Virus record (IMG/VR): IMGVR_UViG_3300016471_001099
Location: 1-64,000 of that record
DNA: 64,000 nt
Direction: 5' to 3' (one strand)
Origin: a virus
Shown: positions 1 to 9,151 of the stretch, in pieces
Layout of the letters: each line of letters starts with the position of its first letter
Position numbering within the stretch: position 1 is the first letter of the stretch
Translations under genes and position numbers: made by a program
Notes under the pieces: generated by a model
Told to the model about the DNA's origin: nothing
Databases searched by the model: none
What the model saw: only the letters and a program-made list of their open reading frames with translations

Positions 1-1112
1 CCGTTCGCCAGATACCAACCCTCCACGGTGATGCTCGTTCCATTGGCATTCCAATCCGTCACGAATCCGCTGTATTTTGTCGGACTGTGGGCGGTGTCTA
101 TGAGCATTCCCTTGCGCAGAAGTTTGACGTCGTTCGCCGATATTGGCGAAGCCGGCACGACGGTGGTCGCCGTATACGTCGCCCCAGCGAGAGTCAAGGT
201 CGGCGGCGGTGCGTATACGTCGGCGAATACTGAAACTGCGTCTCTATCGGTGTAGATGGATATGTCGGACTCGTTTTGAACTCCGAGAACTTCGGCTGCG
301 TCGTTGAAATCGAAGCCGCTCGGATACAACCTGACGGCGAACCCGGTGGCATTGTCCTCGTTTCCGAACGGAACCTGCATTATTCTCTGGCTTTGCCTCA
401 ATAGTTCGCCGTTCAAATGTTGGGTGTTTATTATCCTTGCCCCCCTATCAAGCACCCACACGACGTCCCTGCCTCCGGTGTCGACTCTGCTTGACAACAG
501 GTAGTTTCCGTCGGGAATCGTTACGAAAACGGAATTCGCCCTGAGTATTCCACTGTCGGTAAAAGTGACGTTGCCGGTTCTCGCCTGCGCGGCGGCCGAG
601 AATGCGCTCGTGTTGTCGGTGGTGCCGTCACCCACCGCCCCGTGATCGGTCACGGAAACGGGAAGGGAGGACTTTTCTACCTTGCTATTGAATTGCGTCT
701 GAATGGGGGATGTGACGCCATTCAGGTATCCGAGTTCGGTCGATGAAACGTTTCCTACCGTAGTAGTCTCCGGCATCGTGACGTCGCCAGTAAAAGTCGG
801 GGAGGCGAGAGTCGCATACGAACCAAGCGAACCCGACGAAGCAGACGTGATTCTGCCCTTTGCATCCACCGTGATGCTCGAATTGATGTACGTGCCAGGC
901 AAAACGTCAGTATCTGTAAGTTTTGCACTGGTAACGGCGCCATTTGCGAGTTTTTCGGTGGTTATTTCTCCGTTGGCTATCGTGTAGCCCTCGATGACTA
1001 TCGTTCCCGATGAGGCGTCAATCTCCCAGAACGAACCGCTCCAAGTCCATGTTCTGGTTCCGAAAGTGTAGGTTTGACCGACGGTAGGAGAGTTTGGGAA
1101 ATCAATCGGCAT
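1..1112 (-). CDS. Tail fibre/tailspike, runs off the window start (C-terminus missing)
   Basis: Not in the ORF track. Manual translation from the ATG at 1112 gives MPIDFPNSPTVGQTYTFGTRTWTWSGSFWE..., later SVTDHGAVGDGTTDNTSAF (pectate-lyase-like beta-helix start motif). Frame stays open to the window edge. Confidence 0.8.
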   Translation of the reverse strand, partial: MPIDFPNSPTVGQTYTFGTRTWTWSGSFWEIDASSGTIVIEGYTIANGEITTEKLANGAVTSAKLTDTDVLPGTYINSSITVDAKGRITSASSGSLGSYATLASPTFTGDVTMPETTTVGNVSSTELGYLNGVTSPIQTQFNSKVEKSSLPVSVTDHGAVGDGTTDNTSAFSAAAQARTGNVTFTDSGILRANSVFVTIPDGNYLLSSRVDTGGRDVVWVLDRGARIINTQHLNGELLRQSQRIMQVPFGNEDNATGFAVRLYPSGFDFNDAAEVLGVQNESDISIYTDRDAVSVFADVYAPPPTLTLAGATYTATTVVPASPISANDVKLLRKGMLIDTAHSPTKYSGFVTDWNANGTSITVEGWYLAN

Positions 1113-1115
1113 ACA

Positions 1116-2666
1116 TCACCACGTAATCGAACCAGAGCCAGTGAAAGTGTAAATCCTGTAGCCGCCGCTGGTTGTAACGGTTGGGGAACCAGTCGTGGCA
1201 GATGCAGTTACTTCGGAAGAATGCCTGATAATTACCACTCCAGAGCCGCCGTTGCCACCAAGACCGCTAAATTGTTGATTAGTCCATGTTGTTCCCCCTC
1301 CACCGGAACCAGTGTTTTGTCCTCCAGCACCACCAGTGCCCGTAGAGGTGTTGGCGTTAGCGCCAGCGTTTAAGGCAGAACCACCACCTAAACCATCATC
1401 TCCACCACCACCGCCACCGCCAAGACCTCCACTACCGCCAGTTCCCTCGCTCAAGGAAAACTTGCCTCCTCCGCCACCAGCAGCCCAATATAAATTAGTT
1501 CCAGTTATTGAATTTTGTATACCGTTTGCTCCCGCTCCTGCCGTTGATGTGTTTGGCGAATTTCCACCATTTCCCCCCGCTCCACCACCACCGCCACCTG
1601 GATAATCAGCCCCAGTAAAGTTTCCAGCACCGCCTGCGTATCCACCATAGACAACAAATCCAGACGCGGCGGTTGGCGCCGTTCCGTTTGCCGTAGCGGA
1701 ATTTTGGTACGCCCCAGCACCTCCGTTGTTTACTCCGCCGCCAGCGGCATAGTTGTTGTACCTTCCAGCATCACCACCGCCGCCGCAAGTTTGTCCGAAC
1801 GCAGAAGACGGAGACCCAGTTAATGCCGTTGTGTTTGGCGCTTTTCCTGCAGAGCCGCCACCAATTGTTATCGTGTAGGTGCTTGCTCTCGTAACCGTAA
1901 TTGCTGAAGCGTAAGCGACTCCTCCACCTCCACCGCCTCCGCCGTACACTCCTCCTGAGCCACCGCCACCAACCACCAATACCTGTGCTTCAAGTGGTGT
2001 CGCAAAAGAAAATGCAGAGGATTCGCTTGACCCAGTCCCCAAAGCGTTTACTGCTTTTAATTTGACTTGATATGACACACCGCTGATTAAACCCGCAATC
2101 GTTATTGGACTTGTTCCGTCTGCTGGTGATAGCGCGGTGTATTCACCGAAAGTAGAACCACCATTGGTAGAGAGAGCGTACTGATAATTCGTTATGGCGG
2201 ACCCGCCGTCGGCACCAGGGTTAAAAGAAATGGTAGCTGTAGTGGTTGTTGCAGAAACCAATGCGAGACTTGTCGGAGCTGCAGTTGGAACGGTGGTGAT
2301 TGCCGAAACCCACGACGACCCGTTCCATCTTTGGAGCGCCTGCGTGTCGGTCATGAACGCGAATTGACCGTTGAACGGACTGGTGATGACCGAATCTCTC
2401 AGTGCGGTAGTCGTAACTGTAATACCAGACAAACCTGATGCGAGTTTGTTCTGCGTGACGGCGCCGTCGTTTATTTTGGCTTCCGTGACGGCATTGGACG
2501 CGATTTTGGCGGCGGTGATAGCGCTAGATGCGATATTTTCGGCAACGATCGAGCTCGGAGGGGAGATGTTTAACAAGGTCCAAGTGGTGCCGTTCCATTG
2601 CCACGTCTTACCCGACGAGTTGTGGAGGTCGTTTACGGATGGAGAGTCGGGGAAGTTGATTGGCAT
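1116..2666 (-). CDS. Tail fibre-like protein (MPIxFP head, FN3-like domain, Gly-rich C-terminal domain)
   Basis: 516 aa. MPINFPDSP head; PTAAPTSL...YQY...YQVKLKAVNALG (FN3-like); GGGGGGG-rich tail ending GYRIYTFTGSGSITW. Confidence 0.75.
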   Translation of the reverse strand: MPINFPDSPSVNDLHNSSGKTWQWNGTTWTLLNISPPSSIVAENIASSAITAAKIASNAVTEAKINDGAVTQNKLASGLSGITVTTTALRDSVITSPFNGQFAFMTDTQALQRWNGSSWVSAITTVPTAAPTSLALVSATTTTATISFNPGADGGSAITNYQYALSTNGGSTFGEYTALSPADGTSPITIAGLISGVSYQVKLKAVNALGTGSSESSAFSFATPLEAQVLVVGGGGSGGVYGGGGGGGGVAYASAITVTRASTYTITIGGGSAGKAPNTTALTGSPSSAFGQTCGGGGDAGRYNNYAAGGGVNNGGAGAYQNSATANGTAPTAASGFVVYGGYAGGAGNFTGADYPGGGGGGAGGNGGNSPNTSTAGAGANGIQNSITGTNLYWAAGGGGGKFSLSEGTGGSGGLGGGGGGGDDGLGGGSALNAGANANTSTGTGGAGGQNTGSGGGGTTWTNQQFSGLGGNGGSGVVIIRHSSEVTASATTGSPTVTTSGGYRIYTFTGSGSITW

Positions 2667-2699
2667 TGTTCACCTTCCTCTACGTGGAATAGGCGCGAA

Positions 2700-3068
2700 C
2701 TACGCCCCTGGTGCCGCGATTTCGTCCCACTCCTGATTCGCCTCGTTCCAAGTCCACATGCCTTCTGCGGGTCGTGCGACTGGCGCTTCCCAGTCGGTGG
2801 TCTCTTCGTTCAGCGTCCAGGATGGGTAGGGCTTGGGCGCGATGAAAGCGTCGAGTTCCTCGTTGAACGTGTAGCCGATGCCCGCGTATCGTCCTCGGAA
2901 GTTGCCGTTGTACGAGGTTTGCTTCCACGTGCCGCCGAGCAAATCGGTGCAGAAAGCGGCGCCAATCGGGTCGCTTTCGGGATAGTCGCCGCCTCCGCAA
3001 CTGTCGTTGGAGACGACGATTACCTGAGTAACGACGTTGCTGTCGTTGATTTGGGCGAAATGAGCCAT
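2700..3068 (-). CDS. Fibre-associated 122-aa protein, copy 1
   Basis: About 88% identical (15 differences) to 7740..8108. Directly precedes a fibre gene in both places. Confidence 0.75.
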   Translation of the reverse strand: MAHFAQINDSNVVTQVIVVSNDSCGGGDYPESDPIGAAFCTDLLGGTWKQTSYNGNFRGRYAGIGYTFNEELDAFIAPKPYPSWTLNEETTDWEAPVARPAEGMWTWNEANQEWDEIAAPGA

Positions 3069-3095
3069 TGTTACACCTTTTGGATTGCCCTGACG

Positions 3096-3118
3096 GTTTG
3101 ACCTACATTATAGAACAT
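3096..3118 (-). promoter_or_regulatory. Promoter-like element with TATAAT -10 box
   Basis: Minus strand reads ATGTTCTATAATGTAGGTCAAAC; 22/23 identical to 8129..8151, upstream of the same gene. Confidence 0.6.
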
Positions 3119-3155
3119 ATACGACGTTGACTGGAGACAATCGTCTGCCAAAACC

Positions 3156-3917
3156 TTAAATTAGCTGTTTCTGGATCAGTTTCAAAACCCTTTTCTTGGA
3201 CTGGGATTGCTCGAATATCCTGTATCTATCGGAGAGCCTGGCGAACCTTCTGAAGGGGGTGGCCCTGAGTATGGATATTAACAACCTGTCCATCTCCTTG
3301 GTCATGATGAATTTTTTGAAAATTATTTTTTTGTCCGTGTCGAAGTGGACGTAACAAAGCGCCTCACCGGCGGCTACCTGTATCTCGCTTACCCCCTCCC
3401 ATAGTTGAAATTCCATGTTCATCGGCCTGAACCATTTTCCTATGTCAAATCTGCCGGGAACCACCACGCCGTATTGACTGCTTATCGTTCGTTCAAAGTA
3501 CGGTGGCGTCATTGTTGCCATTAGGCTATCCTGTTCCGAAAAAAAGATGATCGGCCACGTATATTGAATTAGGTTGCGGTTCCTTAGCGATGGTTCTCTC
3601 ATGAACTCGAGCTTGACCTTGTGGGTCATCGTGTCGAGATGACTATCGACGACGTGATTGACGCGTTTTCTTGCGAAATCAAGTTTTGCGTTCGTCGCCA
3701 CCGGCGCCCTGTGAACGAATGTGTTTTTGGCTAGGTCGGAAAACGCAGGACACCTAAGGAAGTCGCTTAAACTGTCCTTGAGCGGTACTTTGTCTACGGT
3801 TACCTCTTCATAGAGCGATTTTACGCCTAGGTACAAGTGATTTAGGTCGTACGTCTCGCTGTTGGACTGCGCCGCGGCCCAATAAATTATCGTTTCCGAT
3901 TTACGGTCTCCGACCAT
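3156..3917 (-). CDS. Hypothetical protein (possibly dUTPase-like/beta-clip, DUF6065-like)
   Basis: 253 aa, AT-rich. RCPAFxD and VVPGRFDIGKWFRP...GEALCYVHF motifs. Family guess is weak. Confidence 0.55.
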   Translation of the reverse strand: MVGDRKSETIIYWAAAQSNSETYDLNHLYLGVKSLYEEVTVDKVPLKDSLSDFLRCPAFSDLAKNTFVHRAPVATNAKLDFARKRVNHVVDSHLDTMTHKVKLEFMREPSLRNRNLIQYTWPIIFFSEQDSLMATMTPPYFERTISSQYGVVVPGRFDIGKWFRPMNMEFQLWEGVSEIQVAAGEALCYVHFDTDKKIIFKKFIMTKEMDRLLISILRATPFRRFARLSDRYRIFEQSQSKKRVLKLIQKQLI

Positions 3918-3927
3918 TTGTTCCTGT

Positions 3928-4092
3928 TCACCATTTCCCTATCGGGCACGAAGCGGATTTGAGGCGAGTTTTTATGCGCATGAAGCAACCGCACTCCTTG
4001 CACTGCATCGTCGGCTTGAACAGCCTCGGACACTCTCTACAAATATTGAGTCGCTCTTCGTAGTACGAAATTGTTTTGCTTTCGGGGGTCAT
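3928..4092 (-). CDS. Small Cys-rich protein (DUF6171-like)
   Basis: 54 aa from MTPESK. RLNICRECP...CKECGCFMRIK...CPIGKW. Start overlaps the upstream stop (ATGA). Confidence 0.65.
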   Translation of the reverse strand: MTPESKTISYYEERLNICRECPRLFKPTMQCKECGCFMRIKTRLKSASCPIGKW

Positions 4093-4403
4093 TCTTGCTC
4101 CGCGTTCTCGAGGGCCATTAAGTACTGGGCAAACTTGATGTGCCTGAACATCCAAAATTGATGGAATGCGGCCATGTACGCGTACATCTTCCCCGTGGGT
4201 GGGTTGATTTCCGATGCGATCGCATCCATGTATACGTTGAACGCATCACGCAATTCCTCCTGTATGTGATTATGAATCGCGTCGAACTTTGTCGGATCGT
4301 CGTGACATAGTTCGAGTAACGCATCATCGCTGGCTAGCGTTATGAATTGTTCGCCGACGACGATTATCGGACCCATGTCCGTAGCCTTGATTTCAAACGA
4401 CAT
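4089..4403 (-). CDS. Hypothetical protein
   Basis: 104 aa from MSFEIK, with AGGA upstream; coupled to the next gene. Confidence 0.55.
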   Translation of the reverse strand: MSFEIKATDMGPIIVVGEQFITLASDDALLELCHDDPTKFDAIHNHIQEELRDAFNVYMDAIASEINPPTGKMYAYMAAFHQFWMFRHIKFAQYLMALENAEQE

Positions 4404-4464
4404 TGATTTGTCCTTCCTGTCTCCGGAGAGCCTACTACGAAAGTGTTGGACTAAATGCAAGTGC

Positions 4465-4779
4465 CTATTCGGGTTGCGAAAAATTACCGGATTGCTCGTC
4501 GTAGTCCCATCCCATTTCGACGACGTTTTTTTGAGCAGTACTCAACTTGACGATGATTGGATTTGACGACAAAGCATCAATGTAGTTCTGCATTGTCTGT
4601 TTGGTGGCAATAAATATCGCCTCGACTTTGCCATTCACCACGAAAGCAAAGAATTCGTAAGCTTCCGGCGTCAGGGTCGGGCTCGAGAGTGCTATGTTTG
4701 CAAAGAATTGCTGTTTTTCTTCGTCGGTCATGTTGGCAAAATTGCCACCAGCCGAATAGCTCAATGAATCGTCCGACAT
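4465..4779 (-). CDS. Hypothetical protein
   Basis: 104 aa. FAFVVNGKV...GWDYDEQSGNFSQP, typical of small fibre-associated phage proteins. Confidence 0.6.
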   Translation of the reverse strand: MSDDSLSYSAGGNFANMTDEEKQQFFANIALSSPTLTPEAYEFFAFVVNGKVEAIFIATKQTMQNYIDALSSNPIIVKLSTAQKNVVEMGWDYDEQSGNFSQPE

Positions 4780-4791
4780 GTCATTTTACTC

Positions 4792-5259
4792 CTATCCCAT
4801 CAAGGTCGCGTTGTACGTTGCCGGATAAACGCAAGTGGTTCCGCTTAGCGTCGCTATCCCGTTGTTCACCGGACACGAATAGGTGGTGACGTTCACCGTT
4901 ATGTAGTACGGCGCGTAGCAACTTCCGCCAACGGTACCAAGAAACGTCCAGTTCGAGGTGTAACAATAACAAGAAACGCCGAAACATCCGATGCATTCCG
5001 AATAAGGACATCCAGAACAAGAACAGCATCCCGCATTTGGCTCGGAACCCCAAGTGCCGCCACCGCTATAGCAACCCGGGCCTTGCTGTTGCGGAGCGGT
5101 TGTGCCGGTGGCTGCGTAGTTCGCGGGGTAATAACACTTGTTGTCGGCGGGATTCAGGGTCGTGACGGCGGTGTGCGTAACGCACGAATAAAATTGCGAC
5201 CTTCTGCTGAGTCCGAATCTACGCGCCGAACCGCCGCCTATTTTGTTCATGAATGGCAC
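4792..5259 (-). CDS. Cys-rich protein with two YSC...TL...C.YPA.Y.AT repeats
   Basis: 155 aa. Two related YSC repeats flank a CCSCSGC...CIGC cluster. Confidence 0.65.
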   Translation of the reverse strand: MPFMNKIGGGSARRFGLSRRSQFYSCVTHTAVTTLNPADNKCYYPANYAATGTTAPQQQGPGCYSGGGTWGSEPNAGCCSCSGCPYSECIGCFGVSCYCYTSNWTFLGTVGGSCYAPYYITVNVTTYSCPVNNGIATLSGTTCVYPATYNATLMG

Positions 5260-5283
5260 GATTGTTGCTCCCGAGTGATCACT

Positions 5284-6267
5284 TTACGCAAACCGCGTCT
5301 GCGCCGCGAAGACCTCGAAGGTCGCGCTAGCCGTCTTTACGACGGTGAACGTGTACATGTCTATGGAGTTTGCATTGCCGGACGTGGGGGCCCCGGTGGA
5401 GCCCTGCCACCTCGCGGTTACGCCGGAGGTCGTTCCGTTGACTTGGATGGACGTCGGGTAGTAGGCGGTTCCGCCCTGTTTCGCCAGGAACGACGTCGTC
5501 GTCATTTCCCCAGTGGCGAGTTTCGAATCAAGCGTCGTGCCGGAGTTCCATCTGAGATTGACCACCCAGTTCGCGCTGGCATTGGTGGTGTAGTAGGTAG
5601 TTCCGTTGGCGGCGTCTACGATTATCGTTCCGGTCGCCGCCGTAGCGGAAATGGTAAGTGGCTCGATGACGGAGGTCGACTTGATTCCGGCGAACGTAAC
5701 CTCGCTCGTCGTTCCCACGGCCTGGCCTATGGCCACCGTCGGAGTGGCACCGCTACCGGTGTTGTTGGAAAGCGTAACGCCCGTTCCGGCTACGAGGTTT
5801 GCGACGTACGATCCCGAAGTGTCCGAACCCATGACTACGGAGTTGGCGGCCAATGTTGCGACTCCGGTGTCGGAAATGGTTATGTCTCCGGAAATCGTCC
5901 TATACGTCGGAACGCCGCTCGAGTTGACGACCATCATTTGCGCGCTCGTTCCGGAGGCCAATTTCGACAATGCGATTCCCGCCGAGGCGTTGATGTCGGC
6001 GTTCGTTATGGTTCCGTCGGCGAGCATCGCGCTCGTTACCGTTCCGGTGTCCGAAGTGGTCACAACGCCGGTGACCATTCCCGTCTGTCCGTTGACGGAG
6101 GTTACCCCACCCAAGTAGGCGAGACTGTTCCAGGCCGTAGAACCGTCGCCGAGCTTCAGTTTTCCGGTGTTGGTTTCTCCGCCCAGTTCGCCCTGTGCTA
6201 GCACGGGATTGGCGGAGGTCCAGTTGGCGGCGGTGTCGCGCCGTATGAGAATTCTTCTAGTAGCCAC
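5284..6267 (-). CDS. Tail fibre with Mtd_N/hyaluronidase-type N-terminal domain
   Basis: 327 aa. RRDTAANWTSANPVLAQGELGGETNTGKLKLGDGSTAWNSL. Confidence 0.8.
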   Translation of the reverse strand: MATRRILIRRDTAANWTSANPVLAQGELGGETNTGKLKLGDGSTAWNSLAYLGGVTSVNGQTGMVTGVVTTSDTGTVTSAMLADGTITNADINASAGIALSKLASGTSAQMMVVNSSGVPTYRTISGDITISDTGVATLAANSVVMGSDTSGSYVANLVAGTGVTLSNNTGSGATPTVAIGQAVGTTSEVTFAGIKSTSVIEPLTISATAATGTIIVDAANGTTYYTTNASANWVVNLRWNSGTTLDSKLATGEMTTTSFLAKQGGTAYYPTSIQVNGTTSGVTARWQGSTGAPTSGNANSIDMYTFTVVKTASATFEVFAAQTRFA

Positions 6268-6439
6268 TGGCGCTGCCTCCGTCGTCGGTTACACTGAAAG
6301 CGGTATCCGCGCGACCGCCGTCGCTTACAATGTTACTATACCGTTTCCATGCGTTGCTGATAAATCGCCAAGTCTTGCCGCCGACTATGTACTCCTGATC
6401 GGCAATCGGAATATCGGGGAAGTCTGCCGGGGTGGACAT
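6257..6439 (-). CDS. 60-aa protein consisting of one FPxxP...GGKTWxF...W fibre-head module
   Basis: MSTPADFPDIPIADQEYIVGGKTWRFISNAWKR. ATG overlaps the upstream TGA and the stop overlaps the next gene. Confidence 0.55.
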   Translation of the reverse strand: MSTPADFPDIPIADQEYIVGGKTWRFISNAWKRYSNIVSDGGRADTAFSVTDDGGSASGY

Positions 6440-6513
6440 CACGCAATCACCAATGTTCCGCCGACATAAAAAATGTCACCGTTTGTAGGAGAGTTCGGGA
6501 AATCGATAGGCAT
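6439..6513 (-). pseudogene. 24-codon remnant of a tail-fibre gene start
   Basis: MPIDFPNSPTNGDIFYVGGTLVIA*. Matches the starts at 1112, 2666 and 7736 until the TW motif, then diverges and stops. TAATG coupling upstream, TGATG downstream. Confidence 0.6.
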
Positions 6514-7736
6514 TATGAAATCACTAATGTTCCGCTGGCAGTGAATGTCCTGATTGTGTAAATTCCAGAAGTGGTAACTGTGCCACCAGAAATAGAAAAT
6601 GCCGAACCAGACGACGTGAGATAACGAACAATTACTATGCCAGAGCCGCCCGCACCTCCAGCAAAGTCACCACTACCGTAACCGCCACCGCCACCGCCAC
6701 CGCCAGTATTTGCGGTGCCATTTGAACCAACGGCACCATCGCCTCCGTTTCCGCCACCCCCGGAACCACCTTGCCTATCAGCCGATGGATAACCCCCAGG
6801 ACCGCCGCCGCCGCCACCGCCACCGCCAGCATACGTGATTAAATAACCATTAATTGAAGACGATGTTCCTGCGCCACCCCTTCCTGGATAGGTTGGCTCA
6901 GTGGAACTTCCGTTATAGCCGACGGCGGAAGAACCACCACCACCGCCGCCAGTTTGATTACTAGCAGAACTACCACCACTGTATCCTTGGTCGGGAGCAT
7001 TTGCGCCTGCCGACCTGGCATTTACACCACCACCACCAGAACCACCATTCCCAGCGGATGCACTACTCCAAGATGCGCCTCCTCCACCGCCAGTTGATGT
7101 CACATTATTCAATGATGAGTCAAACCCAGACGCAGCAGTTGTACTTCTGTTTGGCGCCCCACTCCCGCCAGCGCCAACGACAACTGGGTATGTATTTTGA
7201 GCAAGTGTAAAACTTCCAGTTCTGAATCCACCCGCACCGCCGCCACCGCCCATCGTGTTTCCGCCACCACCGCCGCCAGCAACAATGAGATATTCAACCG
7301 ACAATGTCGTGCCATGTACCGTTCCAGTAGACCAAGCAGAACCGAGCCACACTTTCATTGTGTTGGTGTTGGTCTCAAAAATGACTTGTCCAGTGAAAGG
7401 TGAGGCGGGTTGCGTGGAAGAAGTGCAAATCGTTACGGCGGAAAGCGTGCTCGCCATTTTTGCCTGTGTGACGGCATTGGATGCAAGTTTGGCAGTCGTA
7501 ATAGAGCCGTCTGCTGGCGTGAGCGAAATGTCGTTTCCGAGTTTGGCGGCGGTGACCGACCCCGCACCTATCTTCGCCGTAGTGACGGCACTATCGGCAA
7601 GTTGAGCCGTGCCTACCGAGCCGTTAGTAATCGCAACGGCATTGAGCTCCCAAATCGAACCGTTCCAAGTCCATGTGCGCGATCCGACGCTGTAATTCTG
7701 TCCGTTCGTCGGGGATGCTGGAAAACTTATCGGCAC
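6513..7736 (-). CDS. Gly-rich tail fibre-like protein
   Basis: 407 aa. MPISFPASP head; Gly-rich domain paralogous to 1116..2666 and 8156..9151. Confidence 0.75.
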   Translation of the reverse strand: MPISFPASPTNGQNYSVGSRTWTWNGSIWELNAVAITNGSVGTAQLADSAVTTAKIGAGSVTAAKLGNDISLTPADGSITTAKLASNAVTQAKMASTLSAVTICTSSTQPASPFTGQVIFETNTNTMKVWLGSAWSTGTVHGTTLSVEYLIVAGGGGGGNTMGGGGGAGGFRTGSFTLAQNTYPVVVGAGGSGAPNRSTTAASGFDSSLNNVTSTGGGGGASWSSASAGNGGSGGGGVNARSAGANAPDQGYSGGSSASNQTGGGGGGSSAVGYNGSSTEPTYPGRGGAGTSSSINGYLITYAGGGGGGGGGPGGYPSADRQGGSGGGGNGGDGAVGSNGTANTGGGGGGGGYGSGDFAGGAGGSGIVIVRYLTSSGSAFSISGGTVTTSGIYTIRTFTASGTLVIS

Positions 7737-7739
7737 GAA

Positions 7740-8108
7740 TTACATCCCCGGTTCTTTGACTTCTTCCCACTCCTGATTCGCCTCGTTCCAAGACCACATG
7801 CCTTCTGCTGGTCGCGCGACGGGCGCTTCCCAGTCGGTGGTCTCTTCGTTCAGCGTCCAAGACGGGTAGGGCTTGGGCGCGATGAAAGCGTCGAGTTCAT
7901 CGTCGAACGTGTAGCCGACTCCCGCGTATCGCCCTCGAAAGTTATTATTGTACGAAGTCTGTTTCCACGTGCCGCCGAGCAGGTCGGCGCAAAAAGCAGC
8001 CCCAATCGGGTCGCTCTCTGGGTAGTCGCCTCCGCCGCAAGAATCGTTGGAAACCACGATTACCCGCGTCACCACATTGTCGGAATTGATTTCAGCAAAA
8101 TGTGCCAT
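7740..8108 (-). CDS. Fibre-associated 122-aa protein, copy 2
   Basis: Paralogue of 2700..3068, offset exactly 5040 nt. Confidence 0.75.
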   Translation of the reverse strand: MAHFAEINSDNVVTRVIVVSNDSCGGGDYPESDPIGAAFCADLLGGTWKQTSYNNNFRGRYAGVGYTFDDELDAFIAPKPYPSWTLNEETTDWEAPVARPAEGMWSWNEANQEWEEVKEPGM

Positions 8109-8128
8109 TTATTTACGCTCCCGTGACA

Positions 8129-8151
8129 GTTTGACTTACATTATAGAACAT
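8129..8151 (-). promoter_or_regulatory. Promoter-like element with TATAAT -10 box (copy 2)
   Basis: Minus strand reads ATGTTCTATAATGTAAGTCAAAC. Confidence 0.6.
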
Positions 8152-8155
8152 GGTG

Positions 8156-9151
8156 TTAAAGAGTGATTGAGCCTGAGCCGTTGAATGTGTACACGTGGTA
8201 TCCGCCAGCACCGTTGTTGTACGAAGGAGAGCCAGTGGTTGATGTGGCTGAGCCATAAGAAGATGTTGACCAGCGAAGAATTACAACACCCGAACCACCG
8301 CCACCAGAATAACCTATACTAATAGCCATACCGCCACCGCCACCGCCAGTATTTATGCCTCCGTCGTTTCCATTGTTTGCGGCTTGATTCATATTGTTTG
8401 AACCATTCCCTCCACCGCCAGCGCCGCCCGTACCAGCGGCTTGATTTTGTGCACCACCGCCACCACCACCCGCGTATGTTACGGAACTGCCAGTTATCGC
8501 AACTGCCACACCAGGACCACCATTTCCCGAAGAACCTGCGCCAGAACTATTACCCCCCACACCACCAGCACCACCACCACCACCAGAGTTGTAACTGGCA
8601 TTGCCGCCACTGCCTCCCGCATATCCCTGGTTGGCAGTTCCAGAACCTCCCACTTGTGAATTGCCATCTCTCCAGCCACCACCACCACCAGAGCCACCAG
8701 AAGCACCAGTTGTTACAGCATTGCTGAAATATGCTCCGCCGCCACCGCCGCCAATTGATGTGACGGTGTGAAACGTTGAATTAGAACCATTAACACCAGC
8801 CCTGCTACCGACACCTGGGCTAGAACCACCTGGTGACGTATAGCCAGGTGCGCCTGCCCCAACGACTACCGCATAATTTGTCTGAGTAGACAGAGTTAAT
8901 GGCATTTCAAGTGCACCCCCACCACCTGTTGCTGTGACCGTGCTGCGCAATCCCCCAGCACCACCACCACCAGCGGTTCCCGCCTGACCACCGCCAGCAA
9001 CGACAAGATAATCAACTACCACTGTGGTGACCGAACCAGCCCAATTATTTTGCCCGCGTTCTTGTTGTGCTGTGCGCAAATCCCAAATACCAGAAGCGGC
9101 ACCTACAGAAACTGACGGTCTTGGACCGATTCTTCCTCCGCGCCTGCGCAT
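8156..9151 (-). CDS. Gly-rich fibre/virion protein
   Basis: 331 aa. SGIWDL head; DYLVVAGGG...GGSGVVILRW...YHVYTFNGSGSITL. Confidence 0.7.
   Translation of the reverse strand: MRRRGGRIGPRPSVSVGAASGIWDLRTAQQERGQNNWAGSVTTVVVDYLVVAGGGQAGTAGGGGAGGLRSTVTATGGGGALEMPLTLSTQTNYAVVVGAGAPGYTSPGGSSPGVGSRAGVNGSNSTFHTVTSIGGGGGGAYFSNAVTTGASGGSGGGGGWRDGNSQVGGSGTANQGYAGGSGGNASYNSGGGGGAGGVGGNSSGAGSSGNGGPGVAVAITGSSVTYAGGGGGGAQNQAAGTGGAGGGGNGSNNMNQAANNGNDGGINTGGGGGGMAISIGYSGGGGSGVVILRWSTSSYGSATSTTGSPSYNNGAGGYHVYTFNGSGSITL

Noticed and set aside
5284-6267. Diversity-generating retroelement implied by the Mtd_N-like domain
   Set aside because: No reverse transcriptase and no TR/VR pair differing at adenines in the window.
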